A program made the position numbers and the translations under genes. The notes beneath the pieces were generated by a model. The model ran no database searches and was not told the DNA's origin. It saw nothing but the letters and a program-made list of their open reading frames with translations. From IMG/VR virus record IMGVR_UViG_3300031963_000006, positions 62,001 to 126,000 of that record: 64,000 nucleotides of DNA; one strand, 5' to 3'. Shown piece by piece: positions 58,705-64,000 of this stretch (its first letter is position 1; every line of letters starts with the position of its first letter).

Positions 58705-61700
58705 ATGTCGAATTCATACAGAATAAGAACTCAAGTTGGAGTTGATAAAGCGGTTAATGTATTATTAGAACAAGACTTTGAGTCATTAGAGATTTTATCT
58801 CTTAAAATATTACAAAGTCAGATTTATAATAGACAATGTTCTGATTATGGTGTTGTTGTAGGTAGAGTTAGTGCAAATAACGGATTTGGAATACCGAATG
58901 CTAAAGTTTCTATATTCATTCCTTTATCATTAGAGGATGAATCCAATCCAACTATATCTGAATTGTATCCATACAAAACTTTAAATGATTTAAATGAAGA
59001 TGGATATAGGTATAATTTACTACCTTATGAAGTATCTCATGGGGGGCATACGCCAACAGGAACATTTCCATCGAGAGAGGATGTTTTAATAAATCAATCA
59101 TTAATTGAGGTTTTTGACAAATATTATAAATTCACTGCAAAAACAAATGATAGTGGTGACTTTATGATTTTTGGTGTTCCTATAGGGTCTCAAACAGTTC
59201 ATATGGATGTTGATTTGTCGGATATTGGAGAATTTTCTTTGTCTCCTCAAGACTTGGTTAGACTGAACCTTGCGACTGAAGGGCAATTAAACGGTACTAA
59301 ATTTAAGTCTTCGACTAACCTTGGAGAACTTCCTCAAATAAAACAAGCAAATAGAACAATCGAGGTTGTACCATTATGGGGTCAACCTGAAATATGTTAT
59401 TTGGGTATAACTAGAATTGATTTTGACCTTTCACAGGAGTTCGGTATTAAAATAGAACCTGCTGCAATTTTTATGGGGTCAATTTTATCGAATACTGATG
59501 AAAATATTATTAAGAGAAATTGCAAGGCTAACAAAAAAATAGGTAATTTGTGTAGTATGGTTACTGGTCCTGGTAGAATTATATCGATTAGACAAACAAT
59601 TGAATTGGACAACCTTGGAAGACCTTTATTGGAGGAATTCGACTTAGAAAATGGGGGTAATTGTATAGATGAGGAAGGAACATGGTTGATAGATTTACCT
59701 ATGAACTTGGATTATATATACACAAGTGAATCAGGGGAAAGACTAATATCGACAAACAAATCTATAGGGATACCAACAAGGGCTAGATATAGATTTAAAA
59801 TAAGCTGGCAACAACCTCCAACAATAACTGGTAAAATACTAAGAGCCTCCTATTTAGTTCCTAATATTAAAGAGTGGGGATGGACTGGTACCTCTTATCA
59901 GGACCCATTACTTGTAAATTATGAAGATACAGGTAACACAACAGGTGTTATTGAAATACTTGGGGATATTTTTGGAGTTTGTCGAGCGCCTGAAGATTCT
60001 TTTCTTAATCAAGAAACTTATAAGATGGCGGCGGCTTCTTATGCGTTTAGTGTTGATTGGGAAGAATACGGAGCGGGTCCCGACAAAAACCAGATGATTT
60101 TAGAGGCAATAACATGTCAGGACAGATTTTTTGAATTTAGACACAGTAAAGTTTATACCGTATCAAGTTTAATAACTGAGTTCAGAGCCTCCTCAAATAA
60201 TGACTATAGGTATTTGGCAATTAAAGACATTTTGAACAGTGAATGTGAATCAACAACAAATACATTTCCGGCTAATGATGGACAAAAAAATAATGACATT
60301 ATATATTTGTTGTTTTCTATTTTAATGACTCTTATGGTACCAGTGATGTTTGTATTAATGTTACTTTCACACTTTGTTACTCTTATATTTTGTATATTAG
60401 CCTTTATATTAGGGGCACTAAAGGTTGTTATTTGTGGAATTGCTGATTTTTTAAACCTTTTGGGTGACATACCCTTATTGGGTCTTCCATTTCGATTGGC
60501 AGCAATACCTTTTGAGTTTTTATGTAATCCGATTGAAGATGCATATGACAAAATGAAAGAGGAGTGTGGGACCTCAGGTTTACAATTACCTGTTTTTGTT
60601 TACCCTGATTGTAATTTTTGTGAGTGTGCTCCTTTGACCGCTGAGAAAGTACCCGCAGATTTAGGAGATTTGGGGTATCCTGGTTTAAATGAGGCTTTAC
60701 AAGCGGCAGGAGGGACTAGTCTATTACAAGATTTTCATTCTCCAAGTAAATGGGAATGTAGTAGAGTCCCACAACTTTGGTACGACACTAGCGGGAGTGG
60801 GCTTCCTGAAATAGAAACAACACCAATAGCAGGTGAAGATATATCTAATAATATTGGTGCATTACAAACAGGAGGTCCGGCTTTAAGTGGTGTTAAAGTA
60901 CACGCACCAATACAACAAGATATAATAGTAGATGATATTGAAACTGATGCTGGAGGTAGAGGAAATGTCGATGCTTGGAAAATGTTTACAACTAGCATTC
61001 CATTTTTTGAACGGATAAATCTACTTAATACTAAGGCAAAATACTTTATCCCAACTGTAACAAACCCTGGAGGTGGAAGGAATAGAATCAGAGTAAAATT
61101 CGCGTCTGATAATGCCTCCAATACTGGATTTCACGAAGATAATGTTTTAATATTATTTGTAAAACCAAGTCAACTTGGTAATTTTGAATCAGGAAAGATT
61201 TTCTCACCGGTAGAAAAAGATTTTTCACAAGACCTAAATTTAACAAACCCAAGTTTGACCGAAGAAACTCAGTTTGGTAATTTTGCAACAACAGGAACTA
61301 CTTTAGGTACTCCTGTATTAGATTCGAATGGTAATATAACACATTTTGAACGAGATATTGATGTTTACTACGCTAATGCAAGTGGTGCTGGAAACACAGG
61401 ACCCATCAATTATACAATAACCGCATCAACAGGTGACCTCGGAACCAACGAAAATTTCTACAAATTTCCAAGTGATATTGAGTACTTTCAAGTTATAACA
61501 GGATTAACGGTTGCTGATTATCTTCCTTTATCAAATCCTGGTAGTACCTCGGAAACAATTAGAGGTAGAGTATTAGGTAGTTATATGGACATTGTTCATG
61601 ATTTGTGGGATGATGCTCCTGCACCTCTTGGTGATATTAATAATAGTACACAATTATATTATGACCCCGACACAACTGGACCAATTCCAATGGGAGAAGC

Positions 61701-64000
61701 TTCGGGTAATCCGACTAGATGGGATTGTCAGAAAGATGCTCAAGAAATTGGTATAGTGTTTTTAGTTAGAGGAGTTGACCCTTATAGTAGTAGACAAACA
61801 TGTTCATATGATTTAAGTTTATTATTCGGTCACACTAGTTGGCTAACACCTGGATTAACTATTGAAGGACAGTTCAAATTGAACATTCCAATTCAAGGGA
61901 ATATAAGAAATGTTAGACACGGTACTTCATCTATAACAAACAACACATCGATTGACACATACTCAGGGATACATCTTTTTTATCCATCATATAGTTTTTC
62001 TGTTGATAGTACCATGTACCAACAATATACCACTACGGCAACTTCTTATTACATTCGTGGAGATATTGGAGATACCACTGGAATTGGTACAGTTGCGGCA
62101 GGTGCGTTTATAAGTGGGTTAAGAGTGAGTGATAATAACTGGTTTACAAGACAATTTTGGGAAAGATGGACAGGAGGATATTTCTACAACCCTGAAGTTG
62201 AAGGTTCTTTTTTACTTGGATGTAAGTCAGCATATCCCGACGGTGATAATGACCCAAATGATTTTGATAGTTTTAATCAACCTACTAATACTAGAAACAG
62301 AGGTTATTTTAAAGATGAAGTTGTTGAAGGTGCGGGGGTTATGTATTTAGATGCTAGTGAATATCAACCTGCGCATGTTGGAAATAATACCATATGTCTG
62401 GCCGGAAATGTTACGTCAGGGTATCTTTCTTATTCTTATCGTTCATACAATTCATCAGTTCCTACGTATTCAATTAACATAAACATGAACAATTCACAAA
62501 GAATTGTCATGAGGAGTGATAGGTTACCAACAAGCAGTTCTGAACAAATAAATGGTAGTTTTTCTTACGCATTACACGCCAATCAAAATTTCACATTATT
62601 TGAAGTTAATGATGATGGATATGTGCAGTCTTCAGGTATTGGAAGTGGAGAAGGGGGTCCAAGTGAAGTGGATGTTAGTGGTAATCCTACTTTATCAGGT
62701 GCTGGAGATACTTTTAGCTGTGATGGTATAATACCATTAGAATGTTATCAGTATGATGAAAATACTGGTATGGTAACAGTCGCTCCGGCTGGAGACGATT
62801 GTTATTATAATAATGACCAACCCGGAAAACAAAAAATTGTAGTAAATGGATGTTACGTGTTGGTTACAACACCAATGTTAAGTATTCCATTGGATTCAAA
62901 ATTAATTTTTGAATGGGCGGCTAGAGTTAGACTAGGATTTGCCGCTTGTAGAAATATTTTTGGTCTTATTTTTACTAATTATTGGGTTAATGGTACTTTA
63001 TTTATGTTCCCTTTCGGTAATAGAATACAATATACATCACCGCCTTCTAATTCACCATATCCTTGTATTTGTCCTGATGTTGCATTTGTAGACCATATAA
63101 CCAACAATGTTTATTATAGGTCGGCTCCGTATAGGTACAATGTACCACCACTTAGTACCGGGTTTATAGGTAAAGATAGTCCTATTAATAATGGCGAAGG
63201 TGGTCCCGGAAGTGGTACATTTAAAAACAAACCTAATTATAAGAATTTATTATTTCCGACGACAGTAATGGATTTAGGACCAAGAACATTATATACTACA
63301 GAATTAGTTTTAGACGACAGTTATTTAGGATATGTCATGGATAGATTATCAACAACCTCTTACCAAGACACCTCTGACCTTTTGAATCAATTTATAATGT
63401 CTCGATTATTATCGCAGTCTTTGATTGGTGAAATTATATCTTCTTTAGGTGGGCCAGCGACCGATATTGTGAGAAGACTGTTCTCAAGAGGTTATAATAA
63501 GGTAGACGGAGACTACGCTCAAATGGTCGCAATAAATTCACAAATAGGTGTTTTTCCATACGATACTGATGAATATTTAACACCTGAACCTACAGAGGTA
63601 CCAGCGGCACCACAAGGATATGTTTATACAAATCCAAGTAGTTCTAAGTATAATGTTTTTGGAGTTTTTTATAAACAGAATTTTGAACTAAGAGATTGGT
63701 TGTCACCACACAGACTCTTGACAACCCCTGATGGATTAACGGCCAATCCATGTGTTTTTGAGGATTACCCAATTTTTACACAAACAGTACCTTTTTATCA
63801 GTGGTATACTATAGAAAATAGAGGTAGAGACGAAACTCCTAACCCTGACAGTATTTTTGGTGACCAAAGGAATGATTGGTGGACCCCCCAAATTATTGAC
63901 GGTCCCGATACTTTTTTCACATCATATTATCAAGGGATGGATAGATTAAATTCAGGTTTCATGCAACCCGCGGACGGCTCAATTTATTCATTCCACGGAG
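58705..64000 (+). CDS. Very large putative baseplate/structural protein, 3'-truncated (>1765 aa), not in the ORF track
   Basis: I read it codon by codon from the ATG at 58705 (MSNSYRIRT) to the window end with no stop. It has an N-terminal carboxypeptidase-regulatory-like beta-sandwich (GRVSANNGFGIPNAKVSIF...TNDSGDFMIFGVP) and follows the gp6-like gene and a TATTTATA motif. Confidence 0.85.
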   Translation, partial: MSNSYRIRTQVGVDKAVNVLLEQDFESLEILSLKILQSQIYNRQCSDYGVVVGRVSANNGFGIPNAKVSIFIPLSLEDESNPTISELYPYKTLNDLNEDGYRYNLLPYEVSHGGHTPTGTFPSREDVLINQSLIEVFDKYYKFTAKTNDSGDFMIFGVPIGSQTVHMDVDLSDIGEFSLSPQDLVRLNLATEGQLNGTKFKSSTNLGELPQIKQANRTIEVVPLWGQPEICYLGITRIDFDLSQEFGIKIEPAAIFMGSILSNTDENIIKRNCKANKKIGNLCSMVTGPGRIISIRQTIELDNLGRPLLEEFDLENGGNCIDEEGTWLIDLPMNLDYIYTSESGERLISTNKSIGIPTRARYRFKISWQQPPTITGKILRASYLVPNIKEWGWTGTSYQDPLLVNYEDTGNTTGVIEILGDIFGVCRAPEDSFLNQETYKMAAASYAFSVDWEEYGAGPDKNQMILEAITCQDRFFEFRHSKVYTVSSLITEFRASSNNDYRYLAIKDILNSECESTTNTFPANDGQKNNDIIYLLFSILMTLMVPVMFVLMLLSHFVTLIFCILAFILGALKVVICGIADFLNLLGDIPLLGLPFRLAAIPFEFLCNPIEDAYDKMKEECGTSGLQLPVFVYPDCNFCECAPLTAEKVPADLGDLGYPGLNEALQAAGGTSLLQDFHSPSKWECSRVPQLWYDTSGSGLPEIETTPIAGEDISNNIGALQTGGPALSGVKVHAPIQQDIIVDDIETDAGGRGNVDAWKMFTTSIPFFERINLLNTKAKYFIPTVTNPGGGRNRIRVKFASDNASNTGFHEDNVLILFVKPSQLGNFESGKIFSPVEKDFSQDLNLTNPSLTEETQFGNFATTGTTLGTPVLDSNGNITHFERDIDVYYANASGAGNTGPINYTITASTGDLGTNENFYKFPSDIEYFQVITGLTVADYLPLSNPGSTSETIRGRVLGSYMDIVHDLWDDAPAPLGDINNSTQLYYDPDTTGPIPMGEASGNPTRWDCQKDAQEIGIVFLVRGVDPYSSRQTCSYDLSLLFGHTSWLTPGLTIEGQFKLNIPIQGNIRNVRHGTSSITNNTSIDTYSGIHLFYPSYSFSVDSTMYQQYTTTATSYYIRGDIGDTTGIGTVAAGAFISGLRVSDNNWFTRQFWERWTGGYFYNPEVEGSFLLGCKSAYPDGDNDPNDFDSFNQPTNTRNRGYFKDEVVEGAGVMYLDASEYQPAHVGNNTICLAGNVTSGYLSYSYRSYNSSVPTYSININMNNSQRIVMRSDRLPTSSSEQINGSFSYALHANQNFTLFEVNDDGYVQSSGIGSGEGGPSEVDVSGNPTLSGAGDTFSCDGIIPLECYQYDENTGMVTVAPAGDDCYYNNDQPGKQKIVVNGCYVLVTTPMLSIPLDSKLIFEWAARVRLGFAACRNIFGLIFTNYWVNGTLFMFPFGNRIQYTSPPSNSPYPCICPDVAFVDHITNNVYYRSAPYRYNVPPLSTGFIGKDSPINNGEGGPGSGTFKNKPNYKNLLFPTTVMDLGPRTLYTTELVLDDSYLGYVMDRLSTTSYQDTSDLLNQFIMSRLLSQSLIGEIISSLGGPATDIVRRLFSRGYNKVDGDYAQMVAINSQIGVFPYDTDEYLTPEPTEVPAAPQGYVYTNPSSSKYNVFGVFYKQNFELRDWLSPHRLLTTPDGLTANPCVFEDYPIFTQTVPFYQWYTIENRGRDETPNPDSIFGDQRNDWWTPQIIDGPDTFFTSYYQGMDRLNSGFMQPADGSIYSFHG

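Noticed and set aside
1-64000. Stop-codon reassignment (as in some large phages)
   Set aside because: Very long ORFs are intact in the standard code, and TAA, TAG and TGA all end genes at sensible junctions (e.g. TGA at 3146, 24161, 58630; TAG at 30896).
1-64000. CRISPR array, tRNA or rRNA genes
   Set aside because: Intergenic gaps are nearly all under 150 nt, and I saw no repeat-spacer periodicity or cloverleaf/T-loop signatures by eye. A tRNAscan run would confirm.
58705-64000. Short track ORFs at 59101, 59397, 60204, 60735, 61088 and 62129
   Set aside because: All lie inside the single uninterrupted plus-strand ORF starting at 58705.

Overview
A 64-kb segment of a very AT-rich, densely coded large myophage genome with T4-like core genes in the standard genetic code. 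The host is probably Bacteroidota (inferred). In order: the 3' end of a tail-fibre-like gene; a six-gene glycosylation/methylation cluster led by a GT60-type (Skp1/mucin-type) protein GlcNAc-transferase; an inverted HNH endonuclease plus an unannotated ribbon-helix-helix (RHH) gene; Pro/Thr-repeat and Asn-repeat virion/fibre proteins; a papain-like protease; a family B DNA polymerase; neck proteins, superoxide dismutase and a SNF2-type helicase; tail sheath, HAD protein, tail tube, tail assembly chaperone, tape measure and giant baseplate-hub proteins; a replication/recombination block (gp32-like SSB, RecA/UvsX-like, 5'-3' exonuclease, DnaB-like helicase, nrdB, nrdA); and baseplate wedge genes followed by a >1765-aa ORF that runs off the window. 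The main leads are: (1) a candidate virion protein O-glycosylation system lying next to its mucin-like Pro/Thr substrate; (2) a candidate +1 programmed frameshift at TTT-TTT-CGG in the tail chaperone; (3) a recurrent sense-strand TATTTAT upstream motif; (4) shared N-terminal I/L-x-E leaders suggesting head packaging of SOD and a HAD enzyme. All family assignments come from motif recognition by eye; no database search was run.
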